Below, piece by piece: positions 1 to 8,088 of a stretch of 32,000 nucleotides of DNA (position 1 is the stretch's first letter; every line of letters starts with the position of its first letter). This stretch comes from Pseudomonas aeruginosa (GTDB lineage: Bacteria; Pseudomonadota; Gammaproteobacteria; Pseudomonadales; Pseudomonadaceae), in the NCBI RefSeq assembly GCF_001457615.1, contig NZ_LN831024.1:150001-182000 (forward strand), in the 5' to 3' direction. The notes under the pieces are model-generated. The model was given only the letters and a program-made list of their open reading frames with translations. It was not told the DNA's origin and did not search any database. Both the position numbers and the translations under genes were made by a program.

Positions 1-663
1 GGCGATGTTCGAGGCGTCGTGCAGTTCGATCAGCTTGAGCAGCTCGTTGGCCAGCTCGACGCCGCCGGTCTGGGCCATCCCGCGGGTGAACGCCATGCCC
101 GGTTGAAGGGTGTGCGGCAGATGGTCGACGTCCATCAGCTGGCCGAACATCTTGCGGTTGCCACCGATCCCGCCGAGGCTGGTGCCGGCGACGTTGACCC
201 CGTGGTAGCCGCGGGCGCGGCCGATCAGCTTGGTCTTCTGCGGCTGGCCTTTCAGGCGCCAGTAGGCGCGGGCCATCTTGATCGAGGTGTCGGCGCACTC
301 GGAGCCGGAACCGGTGAAGAACACGTGGTTCAGTTCGCCTGGCAGCAACCCGGCGATCTTCTCGGCCAACTGGAAGGACAGCGGATGGCCGTACTGGAAG
401 CCCGGCGAGTAGTCGAGGGTGCCGAGCTGGCGAGCCACCGCCTCCTGGATTTCCTTGCGCGAGTGGCCGGCGCCGCAGGTCCACAGGCCGGACAGGCTGT
501 CGTAGACCTTGCGGCCCTTGTCGTCGGTCAGCCAGCTGCCTTCGGCGGCGACGATGATCCGCGGGTCCTTCTGGAAGTTGCGGTTGGCGGAGAAGGGCAT
601 CCAGTGGGCGCGCAGGTTGAGTTCGCTGGAAACCGGCGGGGCCACGTTGAGCGGCTGGTTCAT
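1..663 (-). CDS. bauA: beta-alanine--pyruvate (omega-amino acid) aminotransferase, first 221 codons; the 3' end lies beyond the window start
   Basis: Absent from the ORF track because it has no stop in the window. My minus-strand translation from the ATG (cat at 661-663) reads MNQPLNVAPPVSSELNLRAHWMPFSANRNFQKDPRIIVAAEGSWLTDDKGRKVYDSLSGLWTCGAGH...HVFFTGSGSECADTSIKMARAYW...GYHGVNVAGTSLGG. This is a class-III PLP aminotransferase N-terminus. It stays in frame to position 1. The 19..750 + ORF is its antisense shadow. Confidence 0.85.
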   Translation of the reverse strand, partial: MNQPLNVAPPVSSELNLRAHWMPFSANRNFQKDPRIIVAAEGSWLTDDKGRKVYDSLSGLWTCGAGHSRKEIQEAVARQLGTLDYSPGFQYGHPLSFQLAEKIAGLLPGELNHVFFTGSGSECADTSIKMARAYWRLKGQPQKTKLIGRARGYHGVNVAGTSLGGIGGNRKMFGQLMDVDHLPHTLQPGMAFTRGMAQTGGVELANELLKLIELHDASNIA

Positions 664-746
664 CGTTCGATCCTCGGGCTTTCTTGTTGGAAGGTTCCGC
701 GCACGCGGCGGCGGAGCGTTGGATCAAGCTTGGCCCTGACGAAAGG

Positions 747-761
747 TTAGATAAAGCTTAT
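747..761. promoter_or_regulatory. candidate LysR-type (T-N11-A) box in the bauA/bauR divergent promoter
   Basis: TTAGATAAAGCTTAT contains TAGATAAAGCTTA (T-N11-A) with an ATAA-N3-TTAT partial dyad. It lies in the 134-bp divergent intergenic region next to a LysR gene. Motif-only call. Confidence 0.3.
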
Positions 762-797
762 TCTTCTCACGTTTAGTTTCGACTGGGTAAAACAATA

Positions 798-1715
798 ATG
801 GCCAAATCCCGCAACCCGTCGCTCGGCCAGGTCAGCGATTTCGATATCCGCCTGCTGCGCATCTTCAAGACCATCGTCGAGTGCGGCAGTTTCTCCGCCG
901 CGGAGAGCACTCTCGGCCTCAGCCGCTCGGCGATCAGCCTGCACATGGGCGACCTGGAGAAGCGCCTGGGCATGCGCCTGTGCCAGCGCGGCCGCGCCGG
1001 CTTCGCCCTGACCGACGAGGGCCGCGAGGTCTATCGCGCGACCCAGACCCTGCTGGCGGCGCTGGAGGGGTTCCGCGCCGAGGTCAACGACCTGCACCAG
1101 CACCTGCGCGGCGAACTCAACATCGGCATCATCAACAACCTGGTGACCCTGCCGCAGATGCGCATCACCCACGCTCTCAGCGCGCTCAAGGGGCAGGGAC
1201 CGCAGGTGCGGATCAACATCGGCATGACCACCCCCAACGAGATCGAACTGGGCGTGCTCGACGGCCACCTGCATGTCGGCGTGGTGCCGTTGATCAGTCC
1301 GCTGTCGGGGCTCGAGTACCTGCCGCTGTATGACGAGCACGCGCAGCTCTATTGCAGCCGCGGCCACGCACTGTTCGAGCGCGCCGACGGCGATATCGCG
1401 GTGGACGAGGTGCTCGCCGCGGACGCCGTGGCGCCCAGCTACCGCCTGCCCGCCGAAGCCCAGGCGCGCCACCAGGAGCTGAACAACAGCGCCAGCGCCT
1501 CGGACCGTGAGGGCATGGCATTCCTGATCCTGACCGGCAACTTCATCGGCTACCTGCCGTCGCACTACGCTGCCGACTGGGTCGCCGCCGGGATGCTGCG
1601 GCCCCTGCTGCCGGAGCGTTTCCACTATGCCATCGCGCTGACCATCGTGACCCGCAAGGGACGCCGGCCGAACCTGGTGCTGGAGCGCTTCCTGGAGGCG
1701 GTGGCGGTGTCGTGA
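798..1715 (+). CDS. bauR: LysR-family transcriptional regulator, divergent from the aminotransferase
   Basis: 305-aa ORF. N-terminal LysR HTH (IRLLRIFKTIVECGSFSAAESTLGLSRSAISLHMGDLEKRLGMRLCQR) followed by a substrate-binding domain of typical length. ATG at 798. The symbol comes from remembered PAO1 synteny (PA0133). Confidence 0.85.
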   Translation: MAKSRNPSLGQVSDFDIRLLRIFKTIVECGSFSAAESTLGLSRSAISLHMGDLEKRLGMRLCQRGRAGFALTDEGREVYRATQTLLAALEGFRAEVNDLHQHLRGELNIGIINNLVTLPQMRITHALSALKGQGPQVRINIGMTTPNEIELGVLDGHLHVGVVPLISPLSGLEYLPLYDEHAQLYCSRGHALFERADGDIAVDEVLAADAVAPSYRLPAEAQARHQELNNSASASDREGMAFLILTGNFIGYLPSHYAADWVAAGMLRPLLPERFHYAIALTIVTRKGRRPNLVLERFLEAVAVS

Positions 1716-1741
1716 GGGCGCGGATGGAGTAACGCGAGCTT

Positions 1742-1773
1742 CGGCCGCCCGCCGAACGGCGTCTTTTCTCTAC
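1742..1773. terminator. hairpin plus T-rich tract between convergent bauR and guanine deaminase
   Basis: TTCGGC-cgccc-GCCGAA stem-loop (1742-1758), followed a few nt later by TCTTTTCTCT. It sits in the 112-bp convergent gap. Confidence 0.45.
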
Positions 1774-1827
1774 GGCGCGAGGAGGTGGCATGCAGCGACG
1801 GGCCGAGCCAACGCGGGAAAGAGACTC

Positions 1828-3126
1828 TCACCCCTTCACATGGCGCCGCTCCCCCATCACCCAGGTCTCCGCCACCGCGCGGTCGTCGCCCAGGGTGTTC
1901 AGCACGAACAGGGTATCGGCCAGGCCGCGCGCATGCTCCATGCGCTGGGCGATCATCGGCGTGGCGGCCAGGTCGAGGGCGACGAAGTCGGCTTCGCGGC
2001 CGGGCAGGAAGTTACCGACCAGGCCGTCCAGGTCGAGCGCCCTGGCGCCGCCGAGGGTGGCCAGGTAGAGCGCCTGGAACGGATCGAGGCTGGTGCCGCG
2101 CAATTGCTGGATCTTGTAGGCGTCGGCGAGGTTGGCCAGCAGCGACAGGCTGGTGCCGCCGCCGACGTCGCTACCGATGCCGACGCGGATGCCGTATTGC
2201 TGGGCGCGGCCAAGGTCGAACAGGCCGGAGCCGATGAACAGGTTGGAACTGGGACAGTGCGCCAGCGCCGCGTTCTTGTGCGCCAGGCAGCGGCATTCGC
2301 GTTCGGAGAGATGGATGCCATGGGCGAACACGCTGCGTTCGCCGACCAGGCCGGCGCGATGATAGACGTCCAGGTAGTCCTGCGCCTGGGGAAACAGCTC
2401 GCCGACCCAGGCGACTTCCTTGAGGTTCTCCGAAAGATGGGTGTGCAGGTAGACGCCGGGATACTCGTCCAGCAGGCGCGCCGCCGCGGCCAGTTGCTCG
2501 GGCGAGGAGGTCGGCGCGAAGCGCGGGGTGACCGCGTATTGCAGGCGCCCGTTGCCGTGCCAGCGCTCGATCAGCGCGCGGCTCTCGGCGTAGCCACTGG
2601 CCGCGGTATCGCACAGCGCCGGCGGCGCGTTGCGGTCCATCAGCACCTTGCCGGCGATCATCCGCAGGCGGCGCTTCTGCGCGGCCTGGAAGAATGCCTC
2701 GGCGGATACCGCATGGACCGTGCCGAACACCAGCGCGGTAGTGGTGCCGTGGCGCAGCAGTTCGTCGAGGAACAGCTCGGCCTGGGCGGCGGCGTAGCCG
2801 GCATCGGCAAAGCGCTGCTCGGCGGGAAAGGTGTGGGTTTCCAGCCAGTCCAGCAGTTGGGTGCCGTAGGAGGCGATCACTCCGAGTTGCGGGTAATGCA
2901 CATGGCAGTCGACGAAGCCGGGCAGCAGCAGGCGCTGCGGATGGTCCTCCAGCGGCAGGTCGGCGGGCAGTTGCGGCAGCAGGTAGGTTGCGTGATCGAG
3001 CGCGCGCACGTGGCCGTGTTCGATCCACAGCAGGCCGTCCTCGAAATACTCCCAGGCCTTGTCGCCGAGTTTCGCCGGGTCGCCGAGGAAATGCAGGATC
3101 CGCCCGCGATGGGCCGAACTGCTCAT
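1828..3126 (-). CDS. guaD: guanine deaminase (amidohydrolase superfamily)
   Basis: The ORF 1828..3198 shows strong colinear similarity, by recall, to E. coli GuaD: PGFVDCHVHYPQ (HxH), TALVFGTVH, RMIAGKVLMDRNAP, AVTPRFAPTSSPEQL, HTHLSEN, HCPSSNLFIGSG, GIGSDVGGG, LATLGGA. I prefer the internal ATG at 3126 (MSSSAHRGRILHF), which has GGCGGGAG upstream and aligns with the GuaD N-terminus. The 3198 start would add 24 unconserved residues. Confidence 0.9.
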   Translation of the reverse strand: MSSSAHRGRILHFLGDPAKLGDKAWEYFEDGLLWIEHGHVRALDHATYLLPQLPADLPLEDHPQRLLLPGFVDCHVHYPQLGVIASYGTQLLDWLETHTFPAEQRFADAGYAAAQAELFLDELLRHGTTTALVFGTVHAVSAEAFFQAAQKRRLRMIAGKVLMDRNAPPALCDTAASGYAESRALIERWHGNGRLQYAVTPRFAPTSSPEQLAAAARLLDEYPGVYLHTHLSENLKEVAWVGELFPQAQDYLDVYHRAGLVGERSVFAHGIHLSERECRCLAHKNAALAHCPSSNLFIGSGLFDLGRAQQYGIRVGIGSDVGGGTSLSLLANLADAYKIQQLRGTSLDPFQALYLATLGGARALDLDGLVGNFLPGREADFVALDLAATPMIAQRMEHARGLADTLFVLNTLGDDRAVAETWVMGERRHVKG

Positions 3127-3308
3127 CGCGCTCCCGCCGTGGTCGGAGTGCAGGATAAGTGGGGGGACGAAGTTGCCAGCAGGTACTGCATCGTTCATCT
3201 CCTCTGCTGCCGGAATGGCGCTTTCGCCTCTTTAGTCCGGGAAATCGACGGAAATATCCCGTCTTTGGCGCGTGATCTCGCTTCCGCCATTATGCACTGT
3301 GCGCATGC

Positions 3309-4076
3309 TGTGGATAAGTCTGTGTGTAGCGCGTGTGCGGAAAGATTGCACGAGCCATTGCGGGATGTGCCCATCTGGCTGCCGGCAGGCGATCCGCGGA
3401 AAGCGTTCCGGCACCTTGAATCCGCCTTGCGAAATGCCCGGTCGGCAACTGGCGCTTCTGTGGGTTTGTCTGTGGAAAAGCTGTTCGCATTCCCCGTTGA
3501 AAAAATGCCTTCGGCGGTCGAGGGAAAGGCATTGGACGGGGCCGCAGGATTTCTCCCGATTGGCGAAAGAGCCAGAGAAAAAGCGCTGTGGAATGCGCCA
3601 CGACAGTGCATCGCGAAACTGTGGACAGCGGATCCACCCATGGCGCCGCCGAGCATGCTTCCGTCGATCGCCGCGGACTTTCCTGGAAAGCCGGAAAACC
3701 CAGTATTCATGGGCATCATGGCGTCTAAAGGGGAAGTCCTGGAGACATTTTCACGGGCATTCCCGTTCCGCGGGTTTCCTGTGGAAAAGCTGTTGGCAAA
3801 CTGTGCCGGAAGCGGGCCGCCGGGGCTGCCCCAGGGATTCGGCCGACCCGTGGCTTGGCCGGGAGAGATCGTCCTGCCGTGCTCCTCCGAACGGCTGTCG
3901 ATATCTTGTGGATAAAGCTGTTGGCAAAGTGTTGGAAAAAATGCCTTGCCAGGTCGCGCCCATGGCCTGCCGGGTTGGCTGTTTTCTGTCCATCGCCATG
4001 TTGCGAAAATCGCCGGGACGATCGGCGCGGGAGGCTTCCCAAGGTCCCGGATGGGCTCCCGACACGCTGTGGATAA
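3309..4076 (+). promoter_or_regulatory. cluster of co-oriented DnaA-box motifs (TGTGGATAA, which is TTATCCACA on the minus strand) in an ORF-free gap
   Basis: Perfect 9-mers at 3309-3317, 3907-3915 and 4068-4076. 8/9 matches (TGTGGAAAA) at 3471-3479 and 3780-3788. A 7/9 match (TGTGGACAG) at 3620-3628. All are on the same strand. I found no other perfect copy in the 32 kb. Confidence 0.6.
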
Positions 4077-4307
4077 CTCTGTGAGCAAGGTGGTGATGAC
4101 TGTTTTGCGACAAATGCTCACGCGGGTGCGCCGCAGGGTTGCCCGCAAATGTGCCGCGGCGTCCCAGGCGTGCCCCGGCTTGGTGCCGCTCGGCGCGGGA
4201 GCCTGGCCCGTGGCTCCCGGTGCAAGCCGCGTTCCAGGGCTTTCCTGACCTCCTGGCCAGGTATTTGCACCGGCCGCCGCATCGTCGAGCAACCGATCGG
4301 GTCCGCC

Positions 4308-5879
4308 ATGTCCGCACCTTCCTCTTTCGCGCCGCCGCGCCTCGAACTGCGCGGGATCAGCAAGCGTTATCCGGGTTGCCTGGCCAACGACCGCATCGAC
4401 CTGTGCATCGACGCCGGCGAGATCCACGCCCTGCTCGGTGAGAACGGCGCCGGCAAGAGCACGCTGATGAAGATCATCTACGGCGTGACCCGTCCCGATG
4501 CCGGCGAGATCCGCTGGCAGGGCGAGCCGGTGCAGGTACGCGACCCGGCTCGCGCCCGGGCGCTGGGGATCGGCATGGTGTTCCAGCATTTCTCCCTGTT
4601 CGAGACGCTCAGCGTGGCGGAGAACATCGCGCTCGCCCTCGGCGCCGAGGCGGGCAGCCCGCGTCGGTTGGAGGCGCGTATTCGCGAGGTGTCGCAGCGC
4701 TACGGCATGCCGCTGGAGCCTCGCCGGTTGGTCCATGGGCTGTCCATCGGCGAGCGCCAGCGGGTGGAGATCGTGCGCTGCCTGATGCAGGACATCCGCC
4801 TGCTGATCCTCGACGAGCCGACCTCGGTGCTGACCCCGCGCGAGGCCGAGGATCTCTTCGTCACCCTGCGCCGTCTTGCGGAGGAGGGTTGCAGTGTCCT
4901 CTTCATCAGCCACAAGCTGGCCGAGGTCCGTGCGCTCTGCCAGCGCGCCACGGTGCTGCGCGGCGGACGGGTGGCCGGACAGTGCGTGCCGGCGCAATGT
5001 TCCGATCTCGAGCTGGCGCGGCTGATGGTGGGCGACGCCGAGGGCCTGGCGGCGGAGTATCCGAAGGCTACCGGCGGCGCGCCTTTCCTCCAGGTGCGCG
5101 ACCTGCACTGGCGCAACCCGGACCCCTTCGGCGTGTCCTTCACCGGCCTCGACCTGGAGGTGCGCAGCGGCGAGATCCTCGGTATCGCCGGGGTCGCCGG
5201 CAACGGCCAGGACGAGTTGCTCGCTCTGCTCAGCGGCGAAGTGCGCCTGCCGCGCGCCCAGGCCGAGCGCATCCGCCTCGGCGGCTGCGCCGGCGCGCAC
5301 CTGGCGCCGGATGCGCGGCGCCGCGCCGGCCAGGCCTTCGTGCCCGCCGAGCGGCTGGGGCACGGCGCGGTGCCGGAGATGAGCCTGGCGGACAATGCGC
5401 TGCTCACCGCCTTCCAGCAGGGTCTGGTGAAGCGCGGGTTGGTCCGGCGGCGCAAGGTGCTGGCGCTGGCCGAGGAGATCATCCGCCGTTTCGCCGTGAA
5501 GACCCCGGGTGCCGGGGCGCCGGCACGCAGCCTTTCCGGCGGCAACCTGCAGAAGTTCATTCTCGGCCGCGAGATCCTCCAGGCCCCGCGCCTGCTGGTG
5601 GCGGCGCATCCCACCTGGGGCGTGGACGTCGGCGCGGCGGCGCTGATCCACCGCGCGCTGATCGCCTTGCGCGATACCGGTACGGCGATCCTGGTGGTCT
5701 CCGAGGACCTCGACGAGCTGTTCCTGCTCAGCGACCGCATCGCCGCGCTGTGTTCGGGTCGGCTGTGCCCGGCGGTCGCCACCGCGAGCGCTTCGCCGCA
5801 GCAGGTCGGCGGCTGGATGGCCGGTCAATTCGAGGCGCCGGCGGCGGTCGCCGGCGCCGTTGCCCAAGGGAGCCTGTGA
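4308..5879 (+). CDS. ABC transporter ATP-binding protein with duplicated ATPase domains (sugar/nucleoside CUT2-type, BMP-family importer)
   Basis: Frame of ORF 4149..5879. The ATG at 4308 (MSAPSSFAPPRLELRGISKRYPG) gives 523 aa. Two Walker A motifs (GENGAGKST, GVAGNGQDE) and two signature motifs (LSIGERQRV, LSGGNLQKF). The residues upstream of 4308 are Arg/Cys-rich and do not look like protein. Confidence 0.9.
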   Translation: MSAPSSFAPPRLELRGISKRYPGCLANDRIDLCIDAGEIHALLGENGAGKSTLMKIIYGVTRPDAGEIRWQGEPVQVRDPARARALGIGMVFQHFSLFETLSVAENIALALGAEAGSPRRLEARIREVSQRYGMPLEPRRLVHGLSIGERQRVEIVRCLMQDIRLLILDEPTSVLTPREAEDLFVTLRRLAEEGCSVLFISHKLAEVRALCQRATVLRGGRVAGQCVPAQCSDLELARLMVGDAEGLAAEYPKATGGAPFLQVRDLHWRNPDPFGVSFTGLDLEVRSGEILGIAGVAGNGQDELLALLSGEVRLPRAQAERIRLGGCAGAHLAPDARRRAGQAFVPAERLGHGAVPEMSLADNALLTAFQQGLVKRGLVRRRKVLALAEEIIRRFAVKTPGAGAPARSLSGGNLQKFILGREILQAPRLLVAAHPTWGVDVGAAALIHRALIALRDTGTAILVVSEDLDELFLLSDRIAALCSGRLCPAVATASASPQQVGGWMAGQFEAPAAVAGAVAQGSL

Positions 5880-6976
5880 TGCTGTTGTCCCTGGAACCGC
5901 GCGGCCGGCAGTCGCGCTGGATGCTGCTGGCCTCTCCGCTGCTGGCGGGGTTGCTGACCCTGGTCTGCGGCGCGCTGCTGTTCGCCTGTCTCGGCCACGA
6001 TCCCTGGCAGACCCTGCATACCGTGCTGGTACAGCCGCTCAGCGACCTCTATGGGCTCGGCGAGCTGCTGGTCAAGGCCATGCCGATCCTGCTCTGTGCC
6101 CTCGGCCTGGCACTGGCCTACCAGGCGCGCGTGTGGAACATCGGCGCGGAGGGCCAGTTGCTGGTCGGCGCCCTGGCCGGCAGCGCGGTGGCGATCCAGT
6201 TGCTCGACTGGCAGAGCCGCTGGGCGCTGGCCTGGGTGCTGCTCGCCGGCACCGCTGCCGGGGCGCTCTGGGCCGGGTTCGCCGCCTGGCTGCGAACGCG
6301 CTTCAACGCCAACGAGATCCTGACCACCATCATGCTCAACTACATCGCGCTGAACCTGCTGCTGTACGGCGTGCACGGGCCGTTGAAGGACCCGGATGGC
6401 TTCAACTTCCCGCAGTCGGCGCTGTTCGGCGAGGCCAGCCGCCTGCCGGCGCTGTTCGAGGACAGCCGGGTGCACCTTGGCGCATTGTTCGGCCTGCTGG
6501 CGCTGGCGGCGGTCTGGGTGCTGGCGCAGCGCAGCTTCCTCGGTTTCCAGGTCCGCGTGCTCGGCCTCGACCGCCGCGCCGCCGGTTTCGTCGGTTTCCG
6601 CGAGAAGCGCCTGGTCTGGTTCGTGCTGCTGTTCTCCGGCGCGCTGGCAGGCCTGGCCGGCGTCTGCGAGGTCGCCGGGCCGATCGGCCAACTGGTGCCG
6701 CAGGTCTCGCCGGGCTACGGCTATGCGGCGATCACCGTGGCCTTCCTTGGCCGTCTCAATCCGTTCGGCATCCTCTGCGCCAGCCTGCTGATGGCGTTGC
6801 TCTACCTCGGCGGCGAGGCCGCGCAGATGAGCCTCAACCTGCCGTTGGCGCTGACCGGGCTGTTCCAGGGGATGATGCTGTTCTTCCTCCTCGCCTGTGA
6901 CGTGCTGATCCTCTACCGCCCACGTTTGCACGGACGCTGGCGCAAGCGCCCGGCGCTGCGCGACGCCCTGGCCTGA
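5879..6976 (+). CDS. ABC transporter permease (BPD_transp_2 / RbsC-like)
   Basis: Lies in the frame of ORF 4889..6976. The start ATG at 5879 overlaps the ATPase stop (TGATG). It reads MLLSLEPRGRQSRWMLLASPLLAGLLTLVCGALLF... and is a multi-TM hydrophobic protein of 365 aa containing NIGAEGQLL. The part of the track ORF upstream of 5879 is an out-of-frame shadow of the ATPase gene. Confidence 0.88.
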   Translation: MLLSLEPRGRQSRWMLLASPLLAGLLTLVCGALLFACLGHDPWQTLHTVLVQPLSDLYGLGELLVKAMPILLCALGLALAYQARVWNIGAEGQLLVGALAGSAVAIQLLDWQSRWALAWVLLAGTAAGALWAGFAAWLRTRFNANEILTTIMLNYIALNLLLYGVHGPLKDPDGFNFPQSALFGEASRLPALFEDSRVHLGALFGLLALAAVWVLAQRSFLGFQVRVLGLDRRAAGFVGFREKRLVWFVLLFSGALAGLAGVCEVAGPIGQLVPQVSPGYGYAAITVAFLGRLNPFGILCASLLMALLYLGGEAAQMSLNLPLALTGLFQGMMLFFLLACDVLILYRPRLHGRWRKRPALRDALA

Positions 6977-6997
6977 CCGAACCGCCGAGGAACCACG

Positions 6998-7924
6998 ATG
7001 GATATCGATCTGCTCGACAACCTGCTGTTCGCCATGGTCCGCACCGGTACTCCGCTGCTGCTGGTGGCCCTGGGCGAACTGGTCTGCGAGAGAAGCGGAG
7101 TGCTCAACCTGGGCCAGGAGGGGATGATGCTGTTCGGCGCGGTGATCGGCTTCATGGTCGCCTTCTCCAGCGGCAGCCTGTGGCTCGGCGTGCTCCTCGC
7201 GGTGCTCGCCGGCATGCTGCTGGCGGCGCTGTTCGCCGGGGTCGCCCTGTACCTGAACGCCAACCAGGTGGCCTGCGGCCTGGCGCTGACCATCTTCGGC
7301 GTCGGCCTTTCGTCGTTCGTCGGCGCCGCCTGGGTCGGCAAGCCGCTGCAAGGGTTCGCCCCGCTGGCGCTGCCGGTGCTGGGCGAGTTGCCGCTGCTCG
7401 GGCGCATGCTGTTCGCCCAGGACGCGCTGGTCTACCTGAGCCTGGCGCTGTTCGCCGCGGTCGCCTGGATGCTCCTGCGCAGCCGCGCCGGGCTGGTTCT
7501 CCAGGCGGTCGGCGAGAACCCTGACGCGGCCAGCGCGATGGGCCTGCCGGTGCTGCGCGTGCGCACCCTGGCGGTGCTCTTCGGCGGCGCCATGGCCGGC
7601 CTGGCCGGTGCCTACCTGTCGCTGGCCTACACGCCGATGTGGGCGGAGAACATGACCGCCGGACGCGGCTGGATCGCCCTGGCGCTGGTGGTCTTCGCCA
7701 GTTGGCGGGTGTTCCGCGTGCTGCTCGGTGCCTGGTTGTTCGGCCTGGCCAGCATCCTGCACCTGGTGGCCCAGGGGATCGGGCTGTCGATTCCGGCCAA
7801 CCTGCTGGCGATGCTGCCCTATGCGGCGACCATCCTGGTGCTGGTCCTGCTCTCCCGCGATGCCCTGCGCACCCGGCTGTATGCCCCGGTTTCCCTGGGC
7901 CAGCCGTGGAAGGCCGGGCACTGA
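6998..7924 (+). CDS. ABC transporter permease (second membrane subunit)
   Basis: 308-aa ORF. Hydrophobic multi-TM protein containing GELVCERSGVLNLGQEGMMLFGA, typical of CUT2/BMP-type permeases. Starts 21 nt after the previous gene. Confidence 0.88.
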   Translation: MDIDLLDNLLFAMVRTGTPLLLVALGELVCERSGVLNLGQEGMMLFGAVIGFMVAFSSGSLWLGVLLAVLAGMLLAALFAGVALYLNANQVACGLALTIFGVGLSSFVGAAWVGKPLQGFAPLALPVLGELPLLGRMLFAQDALVYLSLALFAAVAWMLLRSRAGLVLQAVGENPDAASAMGLPVLRVRTLAVLFGGAMAGLAGAYLSLAYTPMWAENMTAGRGWIALALVVFASWRVFRVLLGAWLFGLASILHLVAQGIGLSIPANLLAMLPYAATILVLVLLSRDALRTRLYAPVSLGQPWKAGH

Positions 7925-7973
7925 CGAGGGCAGGTTCTTCGATTAGTTGTTTTAACTATTTATATATTCTTCG

Positions 7974-8010
7974 ATAGATTTAGATAATTTCACTGATGGC
8001 CTAAATCAAT
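7974..8010 (+). promoter_or_regulatory. candidate OxyR operator in the AT-rich ahpC promoter
   Basis: ATAG-N7-TAAT-N7-ATGG-N7-CAAT at 7974-8010 fits the OxyR pattern ATAG-N7-CTAT-N7-ATAG-N7-CTAT. It lies inside a strikingly AT-rich island (about 7940-8010) directly upstream of ahpC. OxyR control of ahpC in P. aeruginosa is established knowledge. Confidence 0.5.
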
Positions 8011-8088
8011 GGGGCATTTTTGCCGAACCCCGTTAAGATTCTCCCAGTCGATTTGAAACACCCCATTCAACTGAGAGAGGAACGACTG

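Noticed and set aside
3199-4307. Calling the DnaA-box cluster a bona fide replication origin.
   Set aside because: I see no extended AT-rich unwinding element or 13-mer repeats, only short A6-7 tracts. The boxes are spread over about 770 bp, all in one orientation, and dnaA/dnaN are not adjacent. I kept it as a DnaA-binding-locus hypothesis only.
4149-4307. 5'-extended starts offered by the ORF track: 4149 for the ATPase, 3198 for guanine deaminase, 8020 for ahpC, 13224 for nuh, 23449 for pcaQ, 27140 for triA, 15797 for the SBP, 16940 for the oxygenase.
   Set aside because: The extensions lack an RBS, are unconserved-looking or compositionally odd, and downstream starts have good Shine-Dalgarno spacing and match family N-termini. 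Some remain uncertain (pcaR 26148 versus 26169; SBP 15833 versus 15860).
3272-4317. ORFs inside the 1.1-kb gap (3272..4084 + 270 aa, 3290..3637 -, 3751..4317 -, 3946..4248 +, 3725..4042 -) as possible hypothetical proteins.
   Set aside because: They are Trp/Cys/Arg-rich, with no RBS-start pairing and weak third-position GC bias compared with flanking genes. The repeats fall in different frames. I cannot exclude a small real protein (PAO1 has a hypothetical gene annotated hereabouts, from memory), but the sequence does not support one.
3195-5867. Very long antisense or out-of-frame ORFs in the track: 3195..5867 -, 5825..7921 -, 7990..10335 -, 21331..24489 -, 15041..16801 -, 1840..3915 +, 19..750 +, 29369..31648 +, 19190..20299 -, 27164..28633 -, 12064..13362 -, and others.
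   Set aside because: Their translations are Arg/Ala/Gly/Pro-rich low-complexity strings with no recognisable domains. Each overlaps a strongly supported gene on the other strand or in another frame. Long stop-free shadow frames are expected at this GC content.
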